Assembly: GCA_046341215.1 (NCBI GenBank)
Contig: JBKDRU010000049.1
Span: 3,342-67,341 of the forward strand
Direction: 5' to 3'
DNA length: 64,000 bases
Origin: Vampirovibrionales bacterium
GTDB taxonomy: Bacteria > Cyanobacteriota > Vampirovibrionia > Vampirovibrionales > JAJTHC01
Shown here in pieces: positions 1 through 10,117 of this stretch. Positions within the stretch are counted from its first letter, which is position 1. Each line of letters starts with the position of its first letter. The position numbers and the translations under genes were made by a program. The notes below the pieces were generated by a model. It was given only the letters and a program-made list of their open reading frames with translations. It ran no database searches and had not been told where the DNA came from.

Positions 1-22
1 GACCTTAAAAACCCCTTTACAA

Positions 23-1000
23 GTGAATGAACAAATCAAGCAAACCGCCTTGCACGTCTTGGATGTGGAAAGTTTGGCGGTTCAAGCCATGAAAGCCTCG
101 ATTGATAACGGCTTTTTGGCATCGGTGGCGTTGATTGAAGCCCGTCAAGCCCAGGGCGGTCGGGTGATGATTACAGGTATGGGCAAATCGGGACATATTG
201 GGCGAAAAATGGCAGCCACCTTGAGTTCCACAGGCACGCCTGCGTATTTCATGCACCCTGCCGAAGGACGTCACGGCGACTTGGGTATGGTAACGCCTGA
301 AGATGTGGTGATTGCCATTTCCAATAGTGGAGAAACCGAAGAATTGCTCGGTTTGTTGCCGAGCCTGCATACCCTAGAAACGCCGATTATCGCTATGACG
401 GCAAAGGCTCAATCGACGTTGGCTAAACAAGCCGTGGCGATTTTAAATGTCGCTGTGCCTGAAGAAGCCTGCCCCTTAGGATTGGCTCCGACAGCCTCGA
501 CCACGGCAACGCTTGCCTTAGGCGATGCCTTGGCTGTTGTGCTTCAAGAAAATAAAGGGTTTGCATCCAGTGATTTTGCCCTATTTCATCCTGCAGGGAT
601 GTTGGGTAAACGACTATTGCTCAAGGTGGCGGATTTGATGCACACAGGCGATGCCTTACCTTATGTCAAGTCTGATGATTTGTTGTTGCACGCCTTAGTT
701 GAAATGAGCCAAAAGAAAATGGGGATGACCTTGGTTCAAACGAACACAGGAGACCTGTGCGGCGTATTGACGGATGGCGATGTCCGTCGAGCCTTGATGA
801 AACACGGCGGAGAAATTGGAGCAGTGCTGGTTGAAATCGTGATGAGTCCTTCCCCTCAACGAATTGCTAAAGAAGCCTTAGCCGTTGATGCGTTGCGTCA
901 CATGGAAGAGCGAAAAATCACCGCCATTGTAGTGGAAGATGAGCAGGCTCAGATTGTGGGCGTATTGCACTTGCATGATTTGCTCGCTCAAGGCTTGTAG
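23..1000 (+). CDS. kdsD: KpsF/GutQ family arabinose-5-phosphate isomerase (SIS + 2 CBS)
   Basis: GMGKSGHIGRKMAAT, HPAEGRHGDLG, APTASTT and FHPAGMLG motifs; C-terminal CBS pair. Confidence 0.92.
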   Translation: MNEQIKQTALHVLDVESLAVQAMKASIDNGFLASVALIEARQAQGGRVMITGMGKSGHIGRKMAATLSSTGTPAYFMHPAEGRHGDLGMVTPEDVVIAISNSGETEELLGLLPSLHTLETPIIAMTAKAQSTLAKQAVAILNVAVPEEACPLGLAPTASTTATLALGDALAVVLQENKGFASSDFALFHPAGMLGKRLLLKVADLMHTGDALPYVKSDDLLLHALVEMSQKKMGMTLVQTNTGDLCGVLTDGDVRRALMKHGGEIGAVLVEIVMSPSPQRIAKEALAVDALRHMEERKITAIVVEDEQAQIVGVLHLHDLLAQGL

Positions 1001-1038
1001 GCTTATATAGCGTGTTTGAAAGAAGGCACAGAGAAATA

Positions 1039-4000
1039 CTACAGCTCATCCTCATCCGTGGTGGATGCCTCACATATCGACGTATAATCGCACCACTCGC
1101 AATAACTCGCTTGCGGATTCGCCCTAAACAGACGTTCTTGCCATAACGGACTTAGGACTTCATCTTCTACATTTTGCAACCAACGCGCTTTTTCTTCCTT
1201 AAAACGGGGGACATCCAACGGTACAAAAACTGAACCTGTCTCATTTTCTTGGGTGGAACGAAACATCTGTAAGCCCGCTTCCGTCACAGTCTTTGATTTG
1301 ACAAACTCATAGGCGACAATGTAAATCGGCAGCTGCCAATACAAGTAATCCGTCACACTCACATCATAGCCCGATTTTCCAGCTTCTCGTGGGGGCAATT
1401 CTTCTAAAATACGGTTGATTTTGGCTTGACGACTTTCGGGTTTTTTCAGCTCGAATTTGCCTTTCGACGTTTTATAATCCACAATGCGGATGCTACCGTC
1501 TTCATAGTGGTAAATGGCATCGACAAACATCTTCCAATGAAATCCTGAGAGTTCTGTTAGATACGCTTCGTTGATCCGAAATTCGGTTTCGACATGGGTC
1601 GGTATTTTGTCAAAAAAGCCTGTTTCTTGCAAGGACTGTAGTGCTTCTATAATACGCCGAAACCAGCTTTGACGAATCACAATGGGCTGTTGGACATACA
1701 CATTGAACGCAGGCTCTTCCAGCAATCCTTGTGGCGGATGCCAAAAGGCGCTGTCGTCTACATCCAAACACTGACGCATAAAATGATTCAAACTCTCATA
1801 GCCAAACGCGATGCTCCCTACATTGCACGCTTTGTGGTATAACTCAAAAACCTTATGAACCAGCGTTCCCTTGGATGCCTTGGCATTAAACGGCGTGTTG
1901 AACTTAAAGCGTTTATAATACAATTGACGAGGGCATTTGACGTAAGTTTCTAAGTCCGTAGGGCTTAAACTGGTTTGATTCGCTTGCCCGTAGGATGCGT
2001 AACTAAGGGCATCTTGCGGAAAAGCCTCTCGATGAGCAGCCAACGCATCGAGCAGGGCGGGGCTTAGTAAAGGTGTGTTGAACTCGCCACTTTCTACGGC
2101 GTCGGCGTTTTTGGGTATGTGGTTTTGTGTAAAAAAGTCGTCAAAAAAGTGATGATAGACCTGTCGTTGTGCTTCGTTATAGCCTTGTATTTTTTCAGGG
2201 TGACTAATCAAATAAAGCTCTTGCACCCCAGCCAGTTGATGCACCCACGTTTCCAACTCATTTAAGGCGTTGAGCGTTTGCGTCAACGGTGACAAGACGT
2301 TATCAGGCGGATTTTCATTATCGCTTATGAGGGATCTTAGGCCCTTATCGTCATACGATGTTTTAAAAACGTTTGGCACAATCACCGTATGCAAGCTGTG
2401 GGCAGGGGCTTCTTCCACCGTATAGACATCCACAAGACTAGTCGCTACGGAAGGCGTTTCGCTATGCCTGAGTTCTTCTAGGTTGGATTGCATCCAGCTT
2501 GCCCAAGCGCTCAGGGGGACTTGCCCGATGCCTTGTGTCGATTGCAGACGGGCTTCAATGACTTCCACACGCTTATAAATAGCTTCAAGTGAGCTTTTTT
2601 CTTGAGTAATCCCTTTTCCCAGAGGGGCGAGCCATGCCCACAGCCATTGGGTTATTGAAATAGGGTTACCACCTTCTCCTTTCTCTTCACTTTTAAGGAG
2701 ACGGGATAGATTGCTCAAAAACCCTAGAAAGGCTTGCGTACTTTCAACGCTATATACGCCCAAGGGCTGCAACAGATGCCACGCTTGATTAACGAAGCTT
2801 TGCAAGGCTTCTGCCCAGTCAGGCGAAGCCACCCATACTCGGGGGTTCACTTGCCACGCTGGTTCATGTCGCTTATTGAAGAACAACGTATCCGCTTGAA
2901 GCGAAGCATTGGGGAACTCCGCACAAAGGCTTAAATAGGCATACCCAAGATCAAGCCACGCCCACAGAACAGTGTCTTCTAAGGCATCGCTTTGACCTAA
3001 GCACTGCGAAACAAAGGTCTTCCACAGTTTTTTTTCACTTGAAGACGGCACCAAAATTGCAATAGGGAAAGGTTTTTCAGACGATAAGGACGCTTCCACA
3101 GACGCCAAGACCTGTTCTGCTACAGCCACACGATGGGCATCATCGATTGAATCAAGGCTTTGCACAAGTTGAGCATGAATCCGTTTGTGCTGAGCATTTT
3201 CATTACGACGAGCGCTAGAAGCAGGCACGTCCTTCGAGCTTTGCCACTGGGCGTGAATCTGCGTTTTAAAACCGCAGCTTTCGCTTGAGCGAATGGTTTC
3301 ATCAGGCAGAAAGCTTAGGGCGACGGGGCGGCTCATTGTTTCTTTCAAGGCATCCCAAAACGGCGGCCGAGACACCGCACGCCACGGGGATTCATCCCCC
3401 TTGTCGAACAAAGCGTTTTCTACAAGGCGTTCGTGGAAGCTAAAGTCGTCGCCAAGGCTCCAGATGGTGGTGCCTTCACGTTCGAGCAGACGCATCCATG
3501 CCAACGCCGTTTCAGGCAGGGCGTGGGTATAGTCAACCACTAAAAGGCGAATGCCTTGGGATAAATGATGTAAGGCTTCCACATCATGCGTTTGTAAAAA
3601 GTCCACTGCCTTCCACGCCAAGGGATGCACCCACGCAATGGGTAGAAGCCCTTGCACTACCGTGTGTTGCACAAACCAATCGAATAGGCCTCGTAAAGCA
3701 AAGTCTTCCGTGGCATCCGCAAAATGAGTGGCACAGAGTTCTGCCCAATCGTGAGCATTCGTCGAGGCTAATAAATGCATCACCAGACTTGTTTTGTCCA
3801 GCGAATCAGCTTTTTCAGGCGTTGATCTTGCTACTTCATAACTTGTATTCTTCCAATAGCCTTCAAGCAAAAGCAAGACATCCGCCGAAGAAAGCAATTG
3901 CCATGTTTCTTGTTGAAAAGGCAAAGGGCTTGATGAAGGGCTTAAGCCCAAGCCTTGAATAAAGTGAGTCACGACTTGTGGTGCTAGCCCGATGCTTTGA

Positions 4001-4263
4001 TTCAGCCAGTTCAACGACCACTGAAACCAGCTCATGACTTTGACACCTTGAAAACGTACATTTTCATGGAACTGTTCTTCATGCAAGGCTCGCCATGCCT
4101 CAGTTTGACGACGATGATGAACAAGGATGTAGCAGGTTTCAGACAACACGGCGTGTTCACTTTGCCATTTGCTTAATTGTTCAAGAACGTGTTTGGTACG
4201 TTCTTGGGGTGTGCCCCCTAAATAGGCATGGTGCGCCGGTTTTATTGTCGTTTGACTAGGCAT
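1039..4263 (-). CDS. AddB/AdnA-like protein: degenerate helicase-like N-terminus plus C-terminal PD-(D/E)XK RecB-family nuclease with 4-Cys Fe-S staple
   Basis: LSPTDLETYVKCPRQLYY, GTLVHKVFE, VDAI...IVDYKTS, QLPIY and CEWCDYTSIC; no intact Walker A seen. Confidence 0.75.
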   Translation of the reverse strand: MPSQTTIKPAHHAYLGGTPQERTKHVLEQLSKWQSEHAVLSETCYILVHHRRQTEAWRALHEEQFHENVRFQGVKVMSWFQWSLNWLNQSIGLAPQVVTHFIQGLGLSPSSSPLPFQQETWQLLSSADVLLLLEGYWKNTSYEVARSTPEKADSLDKTSLVMHLLASTNAHDWAELCATHFADATEDFALRGLFDWFVQHTVVQGLLPIAWVHPLAWKAVDFLQTHDVEALHHLSQGIRLLVVDYTHALPETALAWMRLLEREGTTIWSLGDDFSFHERLVENALFDKGDESPWRAVSRPPFWDALKETMSRPVALSFLPDETIRSSESCGFKTQIHAQWQSSKDVPASSARRNENAQHKRIHAQLVQSLDSIDDAHRVAVAEQVLASVEASLSSEKPFPIAILVPSSSEKKLWKTFVSQCLGQSDALEDTVLWAWLDLGYAYLSLCAEFPNASLQADTLFFNKRHEPAWQVNPRVWVASPDWAEALQSFVNQAWHLLQPLGVYSVESTQAFLGFLSNLSRLLKSEEKGEGGNPISITQWLWAWLAPLGKGITQEKSSLEAIYKRVEVIEARLQSTQGIGQVPLSAWASWMQSNLEELRHSETPSVATSLVDVYTVEEAPAHSLHTVIVPNVFKTSYDDKGLRSLISDNENPPDNVLSPLTQTLNALNELETWVHQLAGVQELYLISHPEKIQGYNEAQRQVYHHFFDDFFTQNHIPKNADAVESGEFNTPLLSPALLDALAAHREAFPQDALSYASYGQANQTSLSPTDLETYVKCPRQLYYKRFKFNTPFNAKASKGTLVHKVFELYHKACNVGSIAFGYESLNHFMRQCLDVDDSAFWHPPQGLLEEPAFNVYVQQPIVIRQSWFRRIIEALQSLQETGFFDKIPTHVETEFRINEAYLTELSGFHWKMFVDAIYHYEDGSIRIVDYKTSKGKFELKKPESRQAKINRILEELPPREAGKSGYDVSVTDYLYWQLPIYIVAYEFVKSKTVTEAGLQMFRSTQENETGSVFVPLDVPRFKEEKARWLQNVEDEVLSPLWQERLFRANPQASYCEWCDYTSICEASTTDEDEL

Positions 4264-4336
4264 AACGGTCTCTTTTATAAGATTAAGTATGATTTTTTCA
4301 TCAATAAAGAAACTTTTAGATTGTAGTGCTTACAAC

Positions 4337-4563
4337 AGCAGGCGTCCAAGCACTAAATGCGAGGCTTCCGAGACATTTTGCGGACGTCGTGCAAAGGAAT
4401 GATGCGACGAGGTGGGGATTCAGGGGGGATTTTCAAGAGGGGACGAAGGGGAGGAGACACGCAATACGTCCTCCCCCGTCCCCCCTTGAACCGCCTTTAG
4501 AGGTGTTGGAGACCTTTGGCGGAGCAAAGGTCTCTGACGACGAGCAGCTATAAATGGAACTAG
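4337..4563 (+). repeat. Single unit of the ~220-bp modular palindromic repeat family (other copies at 35088-35559 and 61452-61917)
   Basis: Shares CACTAAAT..TTTTGCGGACG, GGGGATT..hairpin..CCGCCTTT, GAGACCTTTGGCGGAGCAAAGGTCTC and terminal CAGCT..CTAG with the other copies. Confidence 0.9.
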
Positions 4564-4591
4564 AAAACCAAATGATGTAAAGGAACAAAAA

Positions 4592-5497
4592 TTAAGAACA
4601 AAGTCCTGTTGCACGCAAGTCGGCTTTGGCACGATTCCAGTAATCGTCCCACGTTTGAAAATCAAGATCCACCAACGCATGACCGTCTGCTAAAATCAAG
4701 GCTTCCATATAGCGAAAGCGTTGTTCAAACTTAGCCGTGGCTTGTACTAAGGCAGTTTCGGGTTCTACCCCAATTTGTTTGGCTAAACTCGCACAGGCAA
4801 AAAAGACGTCGCCCATTTCATCTTGCAAGCGTTCAGGGTTGCGAGGCGTCGCTTCCATTTCAGTCTTGATTTCGTCGAATTCGCTCATCACACAGGTCCA
4901 CAAGGTGGCGTCATCAGGCCAAGTAAAGCCTGCTTTGACAGCTTTTTTACTAATTTTGCCTGCTCGAGCCAACGCCGCTTGCCCTTTATGCACGCCATCT
5001 AGAACCGAGCCTGCTTTTTTGGCGGATTGAGACGCTTTAATCGCCTGCCATTGAGCGGTCACCGCCTCTGGCGAATCAATGGTAGAGGAGTGAGCATCAG
5101 GCTTAAACACATGAGGATGACGCACAATCAGCTTTTCCGCCAAATGGACACAGACGTCTTGAAAACTAAAATGCCCCTCATCTTCAGCGATTTGGCTATT
5201 GAGCAAGACTTGTAGAAGCACATCGCCCAATTCATCTTTTAAGGCGGTTGTGGATTCAGGGGTATTGAGCGAGCTAGCTTGCATCGCTTCAACCGCTTCG
5301 TACGCTTCTTCGAGCATAAAAGGCGTCAAACTTTGATGCGTCTGCTCCAGATCCCAAGGGCATCCGCCATCGGGGTTGCGAAGCTGTTTCACCACCGCAA
5401 GGGCTTTATGAACGCCTTGCAAGTCTTGAGCCAATTTTGCTTCAAGGGCATCAAGCTTGCTTTGCATCGCCGTTTCAATCCGTGTTTCAACCGTCAT
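4592..5497 (-). CDS. mazG: Nucleoside triphosphate pyrophosphohydrolase MazG
   Basis: LRNPDGGCPWDLEQTH, EEAYE, DELGDVLLQV, RHPHVF; second MazG domain with DEMGD and KFEQRF. Confidence 0.93.
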   Translation of the reverse strand: MTVETRIETAMQSKLDALEAKLAQDLQGVHKALAVVKQLRNPDGGCPWDLEQTHQSLTPFMLEEAYEAVEAMQASSLNTPESTTALKDELGDVLLQVLLNSQIAEDEGHFSFQDVCVHLAEKLIVRHPHVFKPDAHSSTIDSPEAVTAQWQAIKASQSAKKAGSVLDGVHKGQAALARAGKISKKAVKAGFTWPDDATLWTCVMSEFDEIKTEMEATPRNPERLQDEMGDVFFACASLAKQIGVEPETALVQATAKFEQRFRYMEALILADGHALVDLDFQTWDDYWNRAKADLRATGLCS

Positions 5498-5575
5498 ACA
5501 TCTACACTTTCTTCGTTGCTTTGGTATCTTTATTTTAGCTCAAACACCGTATTAAAACAAAGTCGTTTCTAAAAA

Positions 5576-6724
5576 TTATTTGCTGATGCTTGATACTTCG
5601 CTTGGAATCCATAAGGATTGAATAACTTTTTCTGTAAAGTCTTGCCATGTGTACTGGTTACTGTTTACTAAGGCTTCGGTTTTTAAGCGATGTACCTCGT
5701 CTTCATGGAAGCTTATAAAATGTTTTATCGTTTGAAATAGGCTCCAAAAAGGCGATTGTGTTCGATTAAAACATAGACCGTTTTCACCGTGACGAATCAA
5801 TTCAGCCACTCCTGCGGTAGACGACACGATCGGCAGCACCCCATAAGCCATAGCTTCTAGCACGACCAAGCCAAACGCCTCATTTAAAGACGGTAAGACC
5901 AAGGCATCGATTTTATCGTAAAATGAGGTCATATCCGCTTGAAAGGGCAGGATCTCCAGTCGTTCGTTGAGTTGGAAAAGCTGAATAAAAAACTTAGCGA
6001 GGGCATCCCGCTCAAGATCAGGATGAATCAACACAAGATGAAAAGACATGCCCAAGACTTTGATCAGTCCCATGACGCTTAAAAAGAGTAAGCCCCCTTT
6101 ATTTAAGGCACGGCTATTGACCATGCCAATCGCCACAGGTTTGCGAACAGCCGAAACTTCTATACCCGATGTGCTATAAACACCAGGGTAAGCCACATGC
6201 ACTTGATGAGAAGGAAAATGAAAATGGCGGACGTAATCGTCTTTTACGGCTTGAGACACGGTTAAAATGCGTCGCTCTTGCCCTTGAACGTCTAAAGGAT
6301 GAAAGTTTTCGGCCTTATTTTTAATCTTGGCTTGGTTGAGAAGCTGGCTTAACCAACGAATGGCCCACCAATCGCCCGCACGGCGATGTGGCAAGGAATG
6401 CGATTGCAATAATAGGTTACCAAAGGGAGCCATAATATCTGAAAAAAGCAGGGTCACATCAGGGTGAGCTTGAGCGTAGGCGTCAATTTGTGTCAAAACA
6501 TGCTCGCGATCCGTATAAATCGACCCTTCAAAAAAGAAAATCGTACAGCCTTTATAGTCTGTGTGCCAGCCCTTTTGGGTAATCAGGGTGAATTCAATGT
6601 CGTCACGCAGTAGCAGTTGGTTCAATAACTCAAAGTTTAGGCGGTTTGCCCCACCTTTAATGCCCTCTTCCAACAACAAGGCATCGAGGGAATGAATGAC
6701 GAGGGCAAGCTTCTTTTTCACCAA
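5576..6724 (-). CDS. Glycosyltransferase family 4 (GT-B)
   Basis: VLPSLNEAFGLVVLEAMAYG (EX7E motif), HGENGL. Confidence 0.85.
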   Translation of the reverse strand: MVKKKLALVIHSLDALLLEEGIKGGANRLNFELLNQLLLRDDIEFTLITQKGWHTDYKGCTIFFFEGSIYTDREHVLTQIDAYAQAHPDVTLLFSDIMAPFGNLLLQSHSLPHRRAGDWWAIRWLSQLLNQAKIKNKAENFHPLDVQGQERRILTVSQAVKDDYVRHFHFPSHQVHVAYPGVYSTSGIEVSAVRKPVAIGMVNSRALNKGGLLFLSVMGLIKVLGMSFHLVLIHPDLERDALAKFFIQLFQLNERLEILPFQADMTSFYDKIDALVLPSLNEAFGLVVLEAMAYGVLPIVSSTAGVAELIRHGENGLCFNRTQSPFWSLFQTIKHFISFHEDEVHRLKTEALVNSNQYTWQDFTEKVIQSLWIPSEVSSISK

Positions 6725-6878
6725 AATTCAAACCTTCTAAAAGAAAACAACATAGCTTTAGTATAAAGCGAAAACAAAAACTGACAATTGAAAAACGTCT
6801 TTTTGTTTGTGGTATTCTAGAGTTAGAATTATTTTGCTACTTCCTTGTATTGAAAATACTGAAAGAATCTAATCCCCC

Positions 6879-8825
6879 ATGCTTCAAGCTCAAAATGTAT
6901 CTGTCTTTTTTGGATCCCACCAAGTCCTGCACGATGTTTCCCTTAAAATCACGGCTCATAGCCGATTGGGACTCGTCGGTGCCAACGGCGGAGGCAAATC
7001 CACCCTACTGAAATGCCTTATGGGTGAACTCACGCCGAGTGAAGGTGAAATCAACCGCCTGCCCAATGTACGCATCCGTTGCTTGACGCAGAACCCTGAA
7101 CTGAACCCTGCTTTTACCTTGCAAGAAGAGCTTTATAGCGTGTTTACTGAAGTCAACGACGCCAAATCCGAAGAAGCGACACTTTTAGCCAAGTTGGAAC
7201 ACCTAGACGGCAACGCCTATGATGAGGCGTTAAACCGCATCGCCACTTTGCAAGAAACGCTGGATCGCTTGGGGGCTAAAGAGCTCGACGCCAAGATTAG
7301 TCGCATGGTCACGGGCTTAGGTTTTGCTTTGCATGAGTTAGATCGACCAGTGCATAAGTTCAGCGGTGGCTGGCAAATGCGGATCAACCTAGCGAAAGTG
7401 TTGTTGCAGGGTGCAGACATTATTTTAATGGATGAACCGACCAACCACTTGGACATGGAAGCCTGTGAATGGCTGGAAGGCTTCTTGCGGGAATACCCTG
7501 GTGGGCTGTTAGTTGTATCGCACGATCGTCGCTTTTTGGATGAAGTCGTCACCGAAATTGCCGAGCTGGAACGTGGGCATTTAACGCTTTACGGCGGAAA
7601 TTATAGCTATTATGTGGAAGAGCGTGAACGCAATCGTGAATTGCAACAAGCCGCCGCCGACCGACAAGAAAAGAACTTGAAGGCTCAAATGGCGTTTGTA
7701 GAAAGATTTAGAGCCAGTGCGACCAAAAGCACGCAAGCCAAAAGTCGTGAAAAGCAGTTGGCAAAAATCGAACGCATTGAAGCCCCTCAAGCAGAATTGA
7801 AGCGTCTGCATTTTCAATTTCCGTTGACGAATCCAAGCGGTCGGGAAGTTTTAGAGATTAACAAAATCGCCAAAGCCTTTGGTGAAAACAAGGAACATCA
7901 GTTGTTTTCAGATGTTTCAGCCAAGCTTGAATGGACAAAAGATGCCCCACAACGGGTCTTTATCCTAGGGGCAAACGGATGCGGAAAAACCACCTTATTT
8001 AAACTCCTTATGGAGCTAGAAACGCCTGACACAGGAACGATTACCTTTGCCAATCGTGTGGAATTGGGCTACTATGCCCAGCATCAATTACAGATATTGG
8101 ATCCCCAAAAAACGGTCTTTGAAACGCTTGAAGAAGCGATGCCGCCGACGCATCAATCGGAAATTAGGGGCATTTTGGGACGCTTCTTGTTCACCGCCGA
8201 CCAAGTCTTCAAGAAAGTCGACGTCATTAGTGGTGGCGAAAAAGGACGTCTCGCCATGGCAAAGCTCATGGTCGGTGGTCCCAATACCCTGCTTTTAGAT
8301 GAGCCGACCAACCACCTCGATACACCCGCCCAAGAAGCCGTCGAATCGGCGATTCGGGCGTATCAAGGTACGGTCCTGTGTATTTCGCACGACCGCTACT
8401 TTATTCAAAGTCTCGCCACGCAGATTTGGGAGTTTGACAACGGTAGATTGATTACCTTTGAAGGCACTTACGATCAATACCTTGAAAAGCGAAACCTTTT
8501 GTTGATGCAGTCTCGTAAGCTGGCAGGCATTAAGCCTTCGGCGAACACGGCATCCAGTGCAAATGCAGAAGGCGGAGGCGATTCCAAAGCCCAGCGACGT
8601 CAGTTGAAAGCCTTGCAGAAACAGCTCAAAGCTGTTGAAAAGGCGGTGGAAACCCTCACCAAAGAGCGGGATGCCTTGATGGAAGAGATGGCGCACCCTC
8701 GTGTAGCGAAGGACTATTTGGCGTTGGATCGGATGGGGCAGGAGCTTGAGGCGATCAATTTGAAGCTTTCGGGCGAAGAATCGCATTGGGAACTCTTGAG
8801 CGAAGAGTTCGAAGCCTTGAGCTAG
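6879..8825 (+). CDS. ABC-F family ATP-binding protein
   Basis: Two ABC domains (GANGGGKST, FSGGW, DEPTNHLD; GANGCGKTT, ISGGE, DEPTNHLD), no TM segments, C-terminal coiled coil. Confidence 0.92.
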   Translation: MLQAQNVSVFFGSHQVLHDVSLKITAHSRLGLVGANGGGKSTLLKCLMGELTPSEGEINRLPNVRIRCLTQNPELNPAFTLQEELYSVFTEVNDAKSEEATLLAKLEHLDGNAYDEALNRIATLQETLDRLGAKELDAKISRMVTGLGFALHELDRPVHKFSGGWQMRINLAKVLLQGADIILMDEPTNHLDMEACEWLEGFLREYPGGLLVVSHDRRFLDEVVTEIAELERGHLTLYGGNYSYYVEERERNRELQQAAADRQEKNLKAQMAFVERFRASATKSTQAKSREKQLAKIERIEAPQAELKRLHFQFPLTNPSGREVLEINKIAKAFGENKEHQLFSDVSAKLEWTKDAPQRVFILGANGCGKTTLFKLLMELETPDTGTITFANRVELGYYAQHQLQILDPQKTVFETLEEAMPPTHQSEIRGILGRFLFTADQVFKKVDVISGGEKGRLAMAKLMVGGPNTLLLDEPTNHLDTPAQEAVESAIRAYQGTVLCISHDRYFIQSLATQIWEFDNGRLITFEGTYDQYLEKRNLLLMQSRKLAGIKPSANTASSANAEGGGDSKAQRRQLKALQKQLKAVEKAVETLTKERDALMEEMAHPRVAKDYLALDRMGQELEAINLKLSGEESHWELLSEEFEALS

Positions 8826-8840
8826 AAACGCTTAAAATGG

Positions 8841-10019
8841 CTATAAATAACGTCTAGGGTTGACGGGTCGCCCATTGATACGTACTTCAAAGTGCAAGTG
8901 AGCCCCTGTCGAATAGCCTGTGGATCCCACGGCTCCAATCGTTTGACCCTTGCCAACGTTCGTCCCACGAGACACGCCTAAACGAGACAAATGTCCGTAC
9001 AAGGTCGCATGTCCTTTGCCGTGGTTGATGATGATACACTTGCCGTAGCCACCATACCAGCCTGCCATGACCACACGCCCGCCATCAGACGCTTTAACAG
9101 GCGTGCCGTTGGGGCGAGAAATATCCAAGCCCGTGTGATTCAAACGTGTGCGGTGAATAGGGTGAATGCGAAAGCCAAAACCTGACGTAATACGCCCGAG
9201 AACAGGCCAAATAAAGCGCCCTGTAGACCCTTTAACCCCTCGAACGTAACCTCTTAAGAGTTCTTCAATTTTCACAGATTCGGCTAACAATTCACGCTCT
9301 TTTTTCTCATAATACTTAGCATCGCTGGCATAGCGTTGCTTCATGCGTTCTTCTTCGACCTTTTGAGCATACAAGTTCACTTTTAATCGACGAATTTTCC
9401 CCACAGAATCTGCCTTTTTCTGCCGTTCGCTCAACAAAAACTGTTGCTTGGCTTTTAAGGCGCTGGTTTCTCGCTTCAGGGCGTTGAAAATACGGGCATC
9501 TTGACGTAAAATTCGTTCCTGAAAATAGAGGGTATCCACCATATCGGAAACACTTTCAGACAACAAGACCTGTTGCACCATGCTCACCCGAGCGCCCTTA
9601 AACCAATGACGAATCCGCACACCCATAAGCTTGCCCAAGCGAGTGGCTTTACCAATGGTGCTATCTAAATCATGTTGCAGGTACTCAATCGAAGAGGTGG
9701 TGTAATTGAGTTGAGTTTCTTGATGTTCGAGCGCTCGTTGTGTGCGAGAAAGTTCTATTTGCTTCGTGATAAGCCTGTCTTGATGATAACGTACATAACG
9801 CAACTTTTCGGCTCGTTTTTGTTGAAAAGTCATGCGTTTTTCATCAAGGTCTTTTTTCTTTTCCTTGAGTAAGACCTTATTCACCGCAAGTGCTTCAGGC
9901 AACAAGGGCGATACGCCAGGTAAGACAAGTAAAACCACCATCAATATCGGCAGAAGGCAAGATAACCCTGCTTGTAAAACGGGCGAACGTTTATTTAAAG
10001 TGGTGTTTAAAAGATGCAA
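8841..10019 (-). CDS. M23 family peptidoglycan endopeptidase with coiled-coil N-terminus
   Basis: Hydrophobic N-terminus, long coiled coil, HTGLD and HLHFE zinc motifs. Confidence 0.9.
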   Translation of the reverse strand: MHLLNTTLNKRSPVLQAGLSCLLPILMVVLLVLPGVSPLLPEALAVNKVLLKEKKKDLDEKRMTFQQKRAEKLRYVRYHQDRLITKQIELSRTQRALEHQETQLNYTTSSIEYLQHDLDSTIGKATRLGKLMGVRIRHWFKGARVSMVQQVLLSESVSDMVDTLYFQERILRQDARIFNALKRETSALKAKQQFLLSERQKKADSVGKIRRLKVNLYAQKVEEERMKQRYASDAKYYEKKERELLAESVKIEELLRGYVRGVKGSTGRFIWPVLGRITSGFGFRIHPIHRTRLNHTGLDISRPNGTPVKASDGGRVVMAGWYGGYGKCIIINHGKGHATLYGHLSRLGVSRGTNVGKGQTIGAVGSTGYSTGAHLHFEVRINGRPVNPRRYL

Positions 10020-10117
10020 ATCAGTGCCTCACGGGAAAGACAATCATAAAGTATCAGTCTAACATACACCAAACAAAAAGACAAAACCAACGCTTAGAAC
10101 TTACAGAGAAAGTTCTT

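Noticed and set aside
4326-4680. Short ORFs within the palindromic elements (also 35100-35602 and 61464-61917)
   Set aside because: Products of GC-rich hairpin DNA; frames and starts are not conserved between copies.
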